DNA from: Candidatus Woesearchaeota archaeon | GTDB taxonomy: Archaea; Nanobdellota; Nanobdellia; Woesearchaeales; UBA583 | DNA: 64,000 nt | Assembly: GCA_965205335.1 (NCBI GenBank) | Contig: OZ242164.1 | Span: forward strand, 128,001 to 192,000 | Direction of reading: 5' to 3' | Shown here: one piece after another, positions 41,448-51,961 of the stretch | Layout of the letters: every line of letters begins with the position of its first letter | How positions within the stretch are numbered: the first letter of the stretch is position 1 | The notes under the pieces: model-generated | Seen by the model: the letters and a program-made list of their open reading frames with translations, nothing else | Told to the model about the DNA's origin: nothing | Database searches by the model: none | Position numbers and translations under genes: made by a program

Positions 41448-41735
41448 TTATCCTGCACCAACTCCTTCACTTGTCAGATTATTCCCACTGCTTTGTTGTC
41501 TTCTGCAATTGTCTGATGATGTTAAGTAAAATTCTACTGAACCACTCTTACTAAAATTTAATATTTTTTCTGGCTGCTTTTGTCCTTCTACTTCTACTAT
41601 TCTTTTAGATTCTAATGTGTATCTTAATGTTAATTTTGGTGGTTCTCTTGTTCCTGTAAAATGTTGTCCTACTTTTTCTGAGAAACTTCCACTTGTATTT
41701 AACTCCCTGAATCTTCCAATTAAGCCATCTGACAA
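41448..41735 (-). CDS. Convergent partner fragment, type A1
   Basis: Same constant part; tail QQSSGNNLTSEGVGAG. Confidence 0.55.
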   Translation of the reverse strand: MSDGLIGRFRELNTSGSFSEKVGQHFTGTREPPKLTLRYTLESKRIVEVEGQKQPEKILNFSKSGSVEFYLTSSDNCRRQQSSGNNLTSEGVGAG

Positions 41736-41793
41736 ATTTATTTCTTTTGAGTCAAAATTTTTTAATCCAAGAGATAAATCTTCTATACTACCA

Positions 41794-41959
41794 TTACTAT
41801 CATTGAGTAGAGAAAATTATATAAATAACAATCTCTTATTATTTTAAGTATTAAAGAGAGTTTTCACAATAAAACTCTTAAATGTTAAAAGGCATGCATT
41901 TAGTTATTTAAGAATTATATAAACTTTATATGATGGTGCAAGTTTCTTTTTAATTAACA
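41794..41959 (+). promoter_or_regulatory. 166-bp cassette leader, copy 3
   Basis: Near-identical repeat. Confidence 0.85.
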
Positions 41960-42883
41960 ATGGAAACAACAATTAAATTAGAAAAGCGAATAGGAAACCA
42001 TATATATAATGGAAATTTTATGGAAGAGATAGAAAGTCCTTCAAAGAGGAGATTTTTAAAAGGATTATTAGGTGCGGGGGTTGTTGCAGTTACTCCAAAA
42101 TTAGCATTTGCACAAAGAAAGAAAAGAATCTCAGATGAAGCAAGAAATAGAATATGGGCAAACTACCCAGAAATGCAGGGTGCAATTGATTTGATAAACG
42201 ATGATGTTTTTGAGGGATTAATTGATTATGCAATGTATCCAAGTCAGGGATATTCTGACCCAAGAGGTATTCCCACATCAATAAGAAAAATACCAAGAGA
42301 AGACATTGGCACACCACACTATTGGCTTCTTTTAAAAATTTACGAAGATAATTACAATTATTATGCTGATGAAGGTGGAAATCCAGGAATGGGCGTTCCG
42401 CCTCCCCCCTCCCCACCATCAGGTGTGTGGTATTTTGCAAGAGGTTTGAGAGACAATAGTCCTGACAATGAAAGTGATTTACTTAAAGCATTGTACATAG
42501 GAGCAACAGGCAGTCCACAAGGAGCAGAACCAATAATCAATGGCACATTCATGAATGTACCCAGAGTTAGAGAAAAAGTAAGAGAATGGCGAGAGAGAAA
42601 TCAACTATCTTCAGATTTGGATGAAGAAGAACACTTATTGTTAGCTTATAACTTAAATGTATTAAGGGCAGTTAGATTTAGGGACGAGGAACTTGTTGAG
42701 TTAAGTCTTTTGGCATTAGAGGATTTTTATGATGGAGTTCGTGCTCCTTCAAAGAGTGACATTTATGGAGCGGAGATTATTGCAGATTTAACGAGAAGAG
42801 ACAAATTGCCAAGATATTCCATAATTGAGAGGACTGGTTCAAGTTTTGTTGTAACATCTCCCTTGCCAGTGCTGAGATTTTAA
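41960..42883 (+). CDS. Putative secreted protein, family B2 (Tat signal)
   Basis: SKRRFLKGLLGAGVVAVTPKLAFA. Confidence 0.8.
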   Translation: METTIKLEKRIGNHIYNGNFMEEIESPSKRRFLKGLLGAGVVAVTPKLAFAQRKKRISDEARNRIWANYPEMQGAIDLINDDVFEGLIDYAMYPSQGYSDPRGIPTSIRKIPREDIGTPHYWLLLKIYEDNYNYYADEGGNPGMGVPPPPSPPSGVWYFARGLRDNSPDNESDLLKALYIGATGSPQGAEPIINGTFMNVPRVREKVREWRERNQLSSDLDEEEHLLLAYNLNVLRAVRFRDEELVELSLLALEDFYDGVRAPSKSDIYGAEIIADLTRRDKLPRYSIIERTGSSFVVTSPLPVLRF

Positions 42884-43380
42884 CCTTTTTCTTTCACGCT
42901 TCTTGTATCTTGTACTTCACCACCACTTGTGATTCTGTTATTTGTTCTGGGATCACATTGTCTTATTCTGAATGTTCTTGATATTGTTACCGGTTCTTTA
43001 TTTTTTTTAGAATTTTTATTCTTTTGATGATATGTTAAGTACAGTGTAACTTCTTCTTCAGGTGTTCCCGTAGGAAGTTTATATCCTGACAAGTTTAATT
43101 CTCCTCTATAAAGATTATCTTTATATTCTAGTTCTCTTTCGGAATCTACTTCTACTTCCTTATCATCTCTTTTTACAGTTTTTTTATATTTGAATTTTTT
43201 AAACTTGTTCTTATCACTGTCTCTTCTCTGCTGTGCAAATGAAACTCTATAATCAAAATGTTTTCCATCATTATTTGTAATAGCAACAATTTCTTGTGTA
43301 TTATAATCAAAACCCTTCAAATTACTTACCGCTGAGATTATTACTGGTATGATTAAATCCTGTTCCTCCTCTTTATTTCT
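42880..43380 (-). CDS. Convergent partner fragment, type A2, variable C-tail
   Basis: DYRVSFAQQRRD...LSGYKLPTGTPEEEVTL...FRIRQC + unique tail; 5' end approximate. Confidence 0.55.
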   Translation of the reverse strand, partial: RNKEEEQDLIIPVIISAVSNLKGFDYNTQEIVAITNNDGKHFDYRVSFAQQRRDSDKNKFKKFKYKKTVKRDDKEVEVDSERELEYKDNLYRGELNLSGYKLPTGTPEEEVTLYLTYHQKNKNSKKNKEPVTISRTFRIRQCDPRTNNRITSGGEVQDTRSVKEKG

Positions 43381-43428
43381 TTTGAGTCAAAATTTTTTAA
43401 TCCAAGAGATAAATCTTCTATACTACTA

Positions 43429-43594
43429 TTACTATCATTGAGTAGAGATAACTATATAAATAACAATCTCTTATTATTTTAAGTATTAAAGAGAGTTTTC
43501 ACAATAAAACTCTTAAATGTTAAAAGGCACGCATTTAGTTATTTAAGAATTATATAAACTTTATATGATGGTGCAAGTTTCTTTTTAATTAACA
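43429..43594 (+). promoter_or_regulatory. 166-bp cassette leader, copy 4
   Basis: Near-identical repeat. Confidence 0.85.
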
Positions 43595-44533
43595 ATGGAA
43601 ACAGCAATTAATTTAGAAGAGCGAATAGGAAACCATATAGATAATGGAAATATTATGGAAGAGATAGAAAGTCCTTCAAAGAGGAGATTTTTAAAAGGAT
43701 TATTAGGTGCAGGAGTTATTGCAGTTACTCCAAAATTAGCATTTGCACAAAGAAGGAAGAAAATCTCAGATGAGGCAAGAGATAGGATTTGGAAAAACTA
43801 TCCAGAAATGCGAGATGTAATTAATATGATAAATGCAGGTAAAGGCAGAAATCACCTTGATTATGCACTGTTCCCCAATCAAGAAATATCTAATCTAAGA
43901 AATCTTCCTATAATGACCGACAAGATTCCAAAAGACGACATGGGGACACCGCAATACTGGCTTCTTGTAAGAATTGACAATCCAGGAACACGAAGTTATA
44001 ATCTGCTATTTGATGGCAGGCATGATCACCTTGGTGTTCCTCCACTTTCACCTCATACGGGAGTGTGGTATTTTGCAAGAAGTTTGAAAAGCAGAAGTTC
44101 TACTAACGAAAGTGATTTGCTTAAAGCCTTGTACATAGGAGCAACAGGCAGTCCACAAGGAGCAGAACCAATAATAAATGGTACATTTATGAATGTATCT
44201 GGAGTTAGAGAAAAAGTTAGGGAATGGAGAGAAGAATATGACTTTGCCCCACATTCAGATGAAGGAAATCATCTGTTAGCATATAATCTAAACATTCTCA
44301 GGGAAGCCATTTTCCCCAACACAGAACATTTTAAAGGCAGAGAACTTGTAGAATTAAGTCTTTTGGCACTGGAGGATTTTTATGATGAGGTTTATTCACC
44401 TGAAAAGAGTAATATCTATGGAGGAAGAATAGTTGGGGATTTAACGAAGAAGGATAAGTTGCCTGGATATTTTATGATTGATGAAGCAGGAGCAGAATCT
44501 CCTTTACCTGTGTTAAGATTTCATAGTAGGTAG
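43595..44533 (+). CDS. Putative secreted protein, family B2 (Tat signal)
   Basis: SKRRFLKG...LAFA; ESDLLKALYIGATGSPQGAEPIINGTFMN core. Confidence 0.8.
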   Translation: METAINLEERIGNHIDNGNIMEEIESPSKRRFLKGLLGAGVIAVTPKLAFAQRRKKISDEARDRIWKNYPEMRDVINMINAGKGRNHLDYALFPNQEISNLRNLPIMTDKIPKDDMGTPQYWLLVRIDNPGTRSYNLLFDGRHDHLGVPPLSPHTGVWYFARSLKSRSSTNESDLLKALYIGATGSPQGAEPIINGTFMNVSGVREKVREWREEYDFAPHSDEGNHLLAYNLNILREAIFPNTEHFKGRELVELSLLALEDFYDEVYSPEKSNIYGGRIVGDLTKKDKLPGYFMIDEAGAESPLPVLRFHSR

Positions 44534-44589
44534 CGAGAAAGAGAAATTAAAATTCCATTTATCGGTCTCTGATTGATTATTTCATCTTA

Positions 44590-45276
44590 TTAACTAACCC
44601 CTCCATCTTCTGGAGTTTTTGTTTTTTCTTTCCGTTGAACTCCACCACTTGTGATTCTGTCAATTGTTCTGGGATCACATTGTCTTATTCTGAATGTTCT
44701 TGATATAGTTACTGGTTCTTTATTTTTTTTAGGGTCTTTACTCTTTTGATGATATGTTATATACAGAGTAACTTCTTCTTCAGGAGTTCCTGTTGGAAGT
44801 TTATATCCTGACAAGTTTAATTCTCCTCTATAAAGATTATCTTTATATTCTAGTTCTACTTTTACTTTCTTTTCTCTGCCATTACTATCCTTAATTACAT
44901 TGCCATTATCATCCTTAAGTACAAGATCGAATTTTTTTTCTAACTTGTTCTTCTCATTATCTCTTCTCTGCTGTGCAAATGAAACTCTGTAATCAAAATT
45001 TTTGTTATCATCTCTTTCAATATTCATGATACTCTCATCATCATACTTGAACTTCTCCCAATTACTTACCGCAGAGATTATTACTGGTACAATTAAATCC
45101 TGTTCCTCCTCTTTGTTTCTGACACACAAGCTTTGCTTTTCAAATGGTCTTACTATATCAAATATGAAATTCATATCATCATCTTCTTCATTTTTAACGT
45201 TTGAAGCAACAGTAAATCTGAGTTCAAGTAAATCATTGACATCCACATTTCTTGACACATCTATGTCTTCACCCAT
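44590..45276 (-). CDS. Convergent partner, type A2 (longest copy; frame open upstream to ~45385)
   Basis: 228+ aa; same constant motifs as the copies at 42880 and 52471. Confidence 0.6.
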   Translation of the reverse strand: MGEDIDVSRNVDVNDLLELRFTVASNVKNEEDDDMNFIFDIVRPFEKQSLCVRNKEEEQDLIVPVIISAVSNWEKFKYDDESIMNIERDDNKNFDYRVSFAQQRRDNEKNKLEKKFDLVLKDDNGNVIKDSNGREKKVKVELEYKDNLYRGELNLSGYKLPTGTPEEEVTLYITYHQKSKDPKKNKEPVTISRTFRIRQCDPRTIDRITSGGVQRKEKTKTPEDGGVS

Positions 45277-45444
45277 TATACTATATTTTCTGAAATTATC
45301 TCTTGTTATACTTCCTGCATTGCTTGGTAAAAGTCTTAATAATAATCTACATTTTAATTCAGTAGTTTTATTTGTATTAAGACTTTTTCATAACATATAT
45401 AATTTAATAATAAACCCCCCTTTAAGTTGACAACTCATATAAAC

Positions 45445-46474
45445 GGCTCTGTCCATAAATTAATTTTTTTAAAATAAAAGAGATGAAAATACAATTTGAT
45501 ACTAAAACATTATCATTTTTCTTTTGAAAATTATCCAATTTTCATAGAAGAAAATTACATAAGAAAGTTTTTTTCTAATGTTATACCAAAGAATATTCCA
45601 TGCCATCTCCCTTTTTTTCATAAAATGTATCCTACTTCTGATATTTAGGCCTTGAACTCTCTTGAGTGATGAAAACACACTCTCGACATTGTTCCTTTTA
45701 TTGTATATTTCTTTGTTTTTGAAGTATTTTTGTTTGATTTTCCAATGCTTAAAAGCATTATGCTTGGTTTTTGCATAGTCTTTTGGCGGGAAAATCAAAT
45801 CTATATCTTTATCATTTAGAAAATCTAAATGATCAAAGGAAAAATATCCTTTGTCTGCCACAATAACACTCTTCTTTATTTTGAGTCTTTTGAAAAGTTT
45901 GTTTGCAACTTTTGAATCATGCTGATTCTTAACCAAGAAAGAATAATCAATTATTTGTTTAGAGCCTTGTACGTCACAAATTATATCTAATTTGTGCCAA
46001 GGTGATTTGGGTTCAAATCCAATCCGATGTTTGTAATAAGTAGTTTTATGGTCTGCATCAATTCCCGAACCATCAATTGCTACAAGGTCTGGATTAGGAT
46101 TTTCTAAAGAAAGTCTAATTAGGTTGCGGATAAAACTAACTGAGAAGAACTTTAACCACTTATGAAGTGTTGATTTCTTTGGAAGGCGTTTTAACTGCAA
46201 CCAATGCTTCCATGCGGTTAATGTGCCGTCTAGATTGCTTACAAACCTTCTAAAGGATTTTCCTGATTGGATGTATAAGACTATTATAGAAACTCTTTGA
46301 TAATTGTTAAAGAGTTTGCAACCCCTCACAAAATTGTGAGGCCTTAACCTTAAACTATGACAAAGTTTAAGTACTTCCTTATGTAAACTATTAGTAAAGT
46401 TGGTGTGTTCTAACATAAAAAACTATCAACTTTACACTTTATTAATTCTTCGATTTGAATTTATGGACAGTGCC
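45445..46474 (-). mobile_element. IS5-family insertion sequence, intact (1030 bp)
   Basis: 17-bp TIR GGC(T/A)CTGTCCATAAATT flanking a single transposase. Confidence 0.93.
45502..46416 (-). CDS. DDE transposase (IS5 family)
   Basis: AIDGSG, VADKGY, YNKRNNVESVFSSLKR. Confidence 0.93.
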   Translation of the reverse strand: MLEHTNFTNSLHKEVLKLCHSLRLRPHNFVRGCKLFNNYQRVSIIVLYIQSGKSFRRFVSNLDGTLTAWKHWLQLKRLPKKSTLHKWLKFFSVSFIRNLIRLSLENPNPDLVAIDGSGIDADHKTTYYKHRIGFEPKSPWHKLDIICDVQGSKQIIDYSFLVKNQHDSKVANKLFKRLKIKKSVIVADKGYFSFDHLDFLNDKDIDLIFPPKDYAKTKHNAFKHWKIKQKYFKNKEIYNKRNNVESVFSSLKRVQGLNIRSRIHFMKKREMAWNILWYNIRKKLSYVIFFYENWIIFKRKMIMF

Positions 46475-46522
46475 TACACTTGAATAAATTTATAAATAAA
46501 GAGAAATAAAAATACTTTAACT

Positions 46523-48730
46523 ATGAAGATAAATAAGAGGATACGATTATGTATTATTTTAGTGTCGTTGTTTTTCTTATTAGGAATTACTGGATGTGTG
46601 CAAGAACCAGTAATAGTAGAAGAGAATGGCAATACAACATCCAATATAATCGATACAGATTTTGAATATGAATTGTTTAATCAATCTCTGGAAATAAAAA
46701 ATTTCACATCAGAAACCCAACTTAGCGAATATTTAAAGAAGAATTCACAATCAGGTAGTTTCTATTATTCAGATGATTTTGCAACTTTTGGTACTTTTGA
46801 AGGAGATGTAGTCTTTGAAGCTTCTGCTCAAGCAGATTCTTCTGTCAGTGCAAAATCAATAGAGAGTGTTAGAGCAGATGATTACTCCCAGACAAATATA
46901 CAGGTTGAAGGTGTAGATGAGGCTGATTTTGTTAAAAATGATGGAAAATATATTTATATGATATTGCAGGGAAAATTAGTAATTGTAGATGCTTATCCTC
47001 CAAAAGAAGCGAAAATCATATCAAAAACAGAAATTAAAGGAAATCCTCAAAATTTATATATTAATAAAGATAGAGTTATAGTATTTGCATCAGATTATAA
47101 AAAAGTGCAAAAAATCTCAAGATATGATTTCATTCCAAAAGAAACCTCAGAAAGGCATACAATTGCATACATCTATAATGTTTCAGACAGGAAAAATCCA
47201 AAACTCTTAAAGGAATATTCTGCAACAGGAAATTATTTAGAGTCTCGGATGATTGAAGATTATATTTATTTTATATCAAAAGAATCTATCTATTACTATG
47301 ATGATGTAATCACTTTCCCTGAGGTGAGATTAGATGGGAACTTAATTAGCACCCCAGAAGTTTTTTATTTTGATATTCCAGAAAGCAGATATATATTTCA
47401 CACTTTTACAACTTTTAATATATATGAAGATAAAAAATCTAATGCAAAGACATTTATGCTTGGAGCATCAAACAATGTATATGTATCCCAAGATAATATT
47501 TATATAACTCATAAGAAAACATATCCAAGTTTGTTCTATAAGCAATTAGAAATTGATAAATTCTTCAAGGCAGTTGTCCCATTACTCCCTACCCAAGTTG
47601 CAGATAATATCTCAGAAATTAGAAGGGGGTTAGAGGATAACTCAATAGAATCTTATAATGCAATATGGAATGAAATATCTGTTGTTCTTGAAGATATGTA
47701 TAATTCTATGGAGAAGGATGAAAAATATGAATTAATTGATAAAATTGAAGAATCTTTAATTGAGTATGAAACCGAGATTGAAGATAAGATTTCATCATCT
47801 GTTGTTCATAAAATCTCAATTAATGAAGACGAGATTGAATATTTAACAAACGGAGAGGTCAAGGGAACACTTTTAAATCAGTTTTCAATGGATGAAAAAG
47901 ATGGAAATTTAAGGGTTGCAACAACAACTAACTCTTTTTCACGTCAAAGAGGCAGAGTTATGTATAATAATGTATATGTGTTAGATGAAGATTTAGAAAT
48001 TATCGGAAAAATTGAAAAGATTGCACCTGATGAGAGAATTTATTCAACAAGATTTATGGGAGATAAACTTTATATGGTAACATTTAAACAAATAGACCCG
48101 TTATTTACAATTGATTTGTCTAACCCAGAAGAACCTAAAATAATAGGACAGTTAAAAATTCCCGGATTTTCAAATTATCTTCACCCGTATGATGAGAATC
48201 ATTTAATAGGGATTGGACAGGATACATACGTGAATGATCGTGGGGGGGTTAGAACAAAAGGAGTTAAGATTTCATTATTTGATGTTTCAGATTTTGAGAA
48301 TCCAAGAGAGGTTGATAATGTTATTATCGGAGATGAGGGTTCTTATTCGGAGGTTTTAAATGATCATAAAGCACTTTTGTTTAGCCGTGAAAAGAATTTA
48401 CTTGTACTGCCAATTAGAGAAGTATCTGATAACTATAAAACAGATAGAGGCGGGTATTTTAGAAACAGAGTTTGGAATGGGGCTTATGTGTTTACAGTTA
48501 CGCCTGACGGGTTTAGCGAGCGGGGAAAGATAAAACATTCAGATAAAGAATATGATACATATTATTGGAGTTCACCAAGTTCAGTAAGAAGAGCATTATA
48601 CTTAGATGATAATTTATACACGATTTCAGATGAGTATATTAAAATTAATGATTTAAACACTATTGATGAGATAGGAGATATAAAACTGCCTTATAATGAT
48701 AGATGGTATTATGATTATTGGTATAAATAA
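46523..48730 (+). CDS. Secreted beta-propeller domain protein, probable lipoprotein
   Basis: LLGITGC lipobox-like motif; YSQTNIQVEGVDEADFVKNDG; LLNQFSMDE; VTFKQIDPLF; LKIPGFSNYLHP. Confidence 0.92.
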   Translation: MKINKRIRLCIILVSLFFLLGITGCVQEPVIVEENGNTTSNIIDTDFEYELFNQSLEIKNFTSETQLSEYLKKNSQSGSFYYSDDFATFGTFEGDVVFEASAQADSSVSAKSIESVRADDYSQTNIQVEGVDEADFVKNDGKYIYMILQGKLVIVDAYPPKEAKIISKTEIKGNPQNLYINKDRVIVFASDYKKVQKISRYDFIPKETSERHTIAYIYNVSDRKNPKLLKEYSATGNYLESRMIEDYIYFISKESIYYYDDVITFPEVRLDGNLISTPEVFYFDIPESRYIFHTFTTFNIYEDKKSNAKTFMLGASNNVYVSQDNIYITHKKTYPSLFYKQLEIDKFFKAVVPLLPTQVADNISEIRRGLEDNSIESYNAIWNEISVVLEDMYNSMEKDEKYELIDKIEESLIEYETEIEDKISSSVVHKISINEDEIEYLTNGEVKGTLLNQFSMDEKDGNLRVATTTNSFSRQRGRVMYNNVYVLDEDLEIIGKIEKIAPDERIYSTRFMGDKLYMVTFKQIDPLFTIDLSNPEEPKIIGQLKIPGFSNYLHPYDENHLIGIGQDTYVNDRGGVRTKGVKISLFDVSDFENPREVDNVIIGDEGSYSEVLNDHKALLFSREKNLLVLPIREVSDNYKTDRGGYFRNRVWNGAYVFTVTPDGFSERGKIKHSDKEYDTYYWSSPSSVRRALYLDDNLYTISDEYIKINDLNTIDEIGDIKLPYNDRWYYDYWYK

Positions 48731-48814
48731 ATGTAGATTATAAACTCAGATATGCTTAAAAAATTATACTTTATTTGTATATGTTTATAACTTGAATTTA
48801 TAATTTGCAGTTAC

Positions 48815-48942
48815 GGCTCTGTCCATAAATTCAAAAGAACTTAAAATATTATATAAATAAAGTAATTTTTGACAAATAATCTTTTTCTTTGATTGAATAT
48901 AGTTAGCATAGATTTTGGAGAAAACAATTTATGGACAGAGCC
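48815..48942. mobile_element. Family-1 MITE (right end of composite 2)
   Basis: Perfect TIR GGCTCTGTCCATAAATT, 128 bp. Confidence 0.92.
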
Positions 48943-49308
48943 ATATAAACGATAATTTTATAAATATATTATATAATTAATTGTTTAAACAATTTGCTTA
49001 ATAGCCATATATGGAGAATATGACTATTAGTTTGCTTGGGTTAGGTAACGAATATTAAAATATTCGTATTTGGCTTATTACGCTTATTCTAATATTTGAA
49101 ATAAAACACACGTTGCCTATCCTACTTACTTTAAACGTTTAGATTTTAAATAGTTATCGCTTAATTTTCCAAAGATCTTTAGTGTTCTTTTACTCCTTTT
49201 CAGAAAAGAGAAAAATTTATGAATGAACACCCTTTTTAATTTTTATGGAAGGAATTAATAAATATTTAAAAAACGCTTCTAAGAGTGGAAGGGGGGAGGG
49301 AGGACAAT

Positions 49309-49773
49309 ATGGAAGAAAATATAAAATTTTATTCTGAAATTTACGTTCAAATAATTTATTGCATTAATAAAAAAGGTCTTATAATTAAAGAGAATAAATT
49401 TAATTTTAATAAATTTAAAAAATTAGTCTTAGAATTAAAATCAAAAAATGTGTTTGATTCTATTTTAAATAAGTATAATAAATTTGATGAAAATGAATTA
49501 AAACTAATTCTTATTGGAATTATGAAGATTATTATAAATAGATTTAAAGGAATTGTAGAAGATACTCAAGAAACTTCGCAAAATTATAGTGAAGAATATA
49601 AAGCTGCACTTGCTGATATAAAACATAATTCTTTAAGAGAAATTCAAAAGTTTGAAGAATTAATTTCTAAAAATCAATTTGAAAATATAATATCAGAGAT
49701 AAAGAAAAGCAATATAAGATATGATCCCAAATTTTTTCATTTATTCAGTGAAAGAAATAATAAGAGAACTTAA
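49309..49773 (+). CDS. Hypothetical protein
   Basis: ORF preceded by an SD-like GGAGG. Confidence 0.5.
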   Translation: MEENIKFYSEIYVQIIYCINKKGLIIKENKFNFNKFKKLVLELKSKNVFDSILNKYNKFDENELKLILIGIMKIIINRFKGIVEDTQETSQNYSEEYKAALADIKHNSLREIQKFEELISKNQFENIISEIKKSNIRYDPKFFHLFSERNNKRT

Positions 49774-49821
49774 GAAACTATTGAATCAAACTAAACAAAT
49801 TTTAGAAGAAAACATAATCTA

Positions 49822-49911
49822 CTATTGTAGATATAATACGATATAAATAATAATTATAATTATGCCAATAATAATAAACATACTAATTTGGGATTTCTTT
49901 GCCTTACTCAT
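49822..49911 (-). pseudogene. Class III (pilin-type) signal peptide mini-ORF or remnant
   Basis: MSKAKKSQ-ISMFIIIGIIIIIIYIVLYLQ*. Confidence 0.45.
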
Positions 49912-50107
49912 ATATTCATTACCTAATATTAAATAACACATTTATAATATATGAGGTATGAAAATATTTATAAGTTTATTGAATATGAAAAAAAATTATT
50001 TTTAAATATCAGAATGTGCATATAATATTATGGAAAAAGAACGCAAATGGATGAGTGTTAGTTGGAGGTTTGATAAAAACGGAAATACAATTGGTAAAAA
50101 ACCAGTG

Positions 50108-50170
50108 TGTAGTGCCATGACATATGTCACCAGTCTAAAGATTAACAATTCTTGTTAACTTTCTTAAAAA
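50108..50170. mobile_element. Family-2 MITE end
   Basis: TGTAGTGCCATGACATATGTCACCAGTCTAAA matches the 12995-13050 end in reverse. Confidence 0.65.
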
Positions 50171-50390
50171 ACTTTGAGACAGCCTATCTCCAATAAAAAG
50201 AATAAGAGGGAAAGTATCTGATATTGAAGGGGAAATAGAGTTCAAATAGAGATTAAATCTTCAAGTTAAATATGATATTCATATTTTCTGTTACTTCTTC
50301 GTTTAACTCGTGTAAACCTTCTAACTTCTCTGTTATTTCTTCTTCCGACTTCTTGACCTTAGTTTTCTTCATATTTGTTGATTGACAAAG

Positions 50391-50615
50391 TTATTTATAT
50401 ATATTTTTTCTTAAGCCCAAATATTTGACATAAAGTTCCTTTTCCTCAAAATTAATACTAATTAATGTCCTATGATTTCCAATTTTAAGTTTATAATATT
50501 TATCTCCTTCGTAATGTTCTAAATAATGAAAAGGGTTACTTTCAAGTTTTTTTAACTTAACTTTTGTATCTATTATTAAATAGATTTTAAAAAAGATTTT
50601 CTTGATGAATTTCAA
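50391..50615 (-). CDS. RelE/ParE-like toxin (possibly degenerate)
   Basis: LESNPF...YYKLKIGNHR...LGLRKNIY. Confidence 0.65.
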   Translation of the reverse strand: MKFIKKIFFKIYLIIDTKVKLKKLESNPFHYLEHYEGDKYYKLKIGNHRTLISINFEEKELYVKYLGLRKNIYK

Positions 50616-50638
50616 AAGTAAAAACCAAATGGTAAAAT

Positions 50639-51961
50639 TTACAGAGATTTACCGTTATTAACAATTGAATTAAATTTATCGCTCCTAATGAAAATACTTC
50701 TATTTCCTGCTGATTTCTCAATCAAAAACCCTAAATTTACCAGTTTTTGCAAATCACTTCTAGCAGTTTGTTTTGTAATTACAAATCTCTGTGAGATTTC
50801 TAAAACTGAAAAAATTCTATTCTTATCACTTTCATAAAAACCTAAGATTTGAGCTTGTCTCTCTGTCAAATCCCCATATTTTAAGAACTTCATTGAACTT
50901 CTCTTCTCTTTTAACTTTCTTTCAATATATGCTCTTAAATCATTAAAAGCTAATTCAATTTTATCAACTTTATAATTAATAAAATATGTTAAGTCATTAT
51001 CATCAATTTCTGAATATACGTAAGCTTTAGAATATTGAGAATGACTCTTTATAATAATTCTTGATATACTAATATATTCAAATAGCCAGTAATTATTTGA
51101 GATAAGGTAAAGAAAAAAAATACATCTTGCACATCTTCCGTTTCCATCATAAAATGGATGTATATATCCAAGTAAGAAATGTAATATATTTGCTTTTATA
51201 ATTGGATGTATAAAGAATTTCTGTTCATTATTATAAAAATCACAAAAATCATCTATTAATCTTCCTAATTCTTTCTTACTTGGAGGAATATGATAAACTT
51301 CTCCTGTAATTCTGTCTGCAACTTTGATTTCATCTGTGTTTCTGAATTTTCCTTCGTAATCTACCTTCTCTAACGTTTTGGATGTAATTATCTGATGGAG
51401 TTCCAATAAAATCTCTTTTGTTAGTTTTTCCCCTTTTAAGTCTAAAATTCTTTTCATTGCAAGAAAATTGTTTAAAATCATCTTTTGACTTTTATCTTTA
51501 GGTTTTTTTCTGTTTAGAATCATATCCTTTGCAACTTTTATTGTTGTGCTTGCACCCTCTAACCTTGATGAATTAATTGATTCCTCAATAATTGAATTTA
51601 TTAAAAATCTATCTATTTCATCACTGGGGATTATTCCATTAACTGTTAAACTACCCCCTAAATTTAAGTCAAAATTGTGCAACTTCTCTAAAGTACTACT
51701 TGTTAAGTTAAAACAAAATCTGTACTTTCCAATCTTAATTGATTTTAAATTCTTCATTCTTTCAAGTTTCATCATATGCCAAATATCCTCTCTTGATATA
51801 CCTCTAGGAATATTCTTGTAGTATAATTTCTCCCAATAAATATATTTCTCATTGTATTCTTTGACTAATTCTCTAAATTTTGAATTTGATATGTATGCTT
51901 TAAAAATTCTAGATAAATACTCAGAATCAGCCTTCTTAGGAGGTATTTTTGGAAATCTCAT
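50639..51961 (-). CDS. Fic-domain protein with C-terminal HTH
   Basis: HPFYDGNGRCAR; SSRLEG inhibitory-type motif; TARSDLQKL HTH. Confidence 0.92.
   Translation of the reverse strand: MRFPKIPPKKADSEYLSRIFKAYISNSKFRELVKEYNEKYIYWEKLYYKNIPRGISREDIWHMMKLERMKNLKSIKIGKYRFCFNLTSSTLEKLHNFDLNLGGSLTVNGIIPSDEIDRFLINSIIEESINSSRLEGASTTIKVAKDMILNRKKPKDKSQKMILNNFLAMKRILDLKGEKLTKEILLELHQIITSKTLEKVDYEGKFRNTDEIKVADRITGEVYHIPPSKKELGRLIDDFCDFYNNEQKFFIHPIIKANILHFLLGYIHPFYDGNGRCARCIFFLYLISNNYWLFEYISISRIIIKSHSQYSKAYVYSEIDDNDLTYFINYKVDKIELAFNDLRAYIERKLKEKRSSMKFLKYGDLTERQAQILGFYESDKNRIFSVLEISQRFVITKQTARSDLQKLVNLGFLIEKSAGNRSIFIRSDKFNSIVNNGKSL

Larger units (their letters stand above)
45445..48942. mobile_element. Composite transposon 2: IS + beta-propeller gene + MITE
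   Basis: 8-bp direct repeat ATATAAAC at 45437-45444 and 48943-48950. Confidence 0.8.

Noticed and set aside
38952-44533. Classical integron
   Set aside because: No tyrosine integrase nearby and no GTTRRRY/RYYYAAC attC boxes recognised; kept only as a loose analogy
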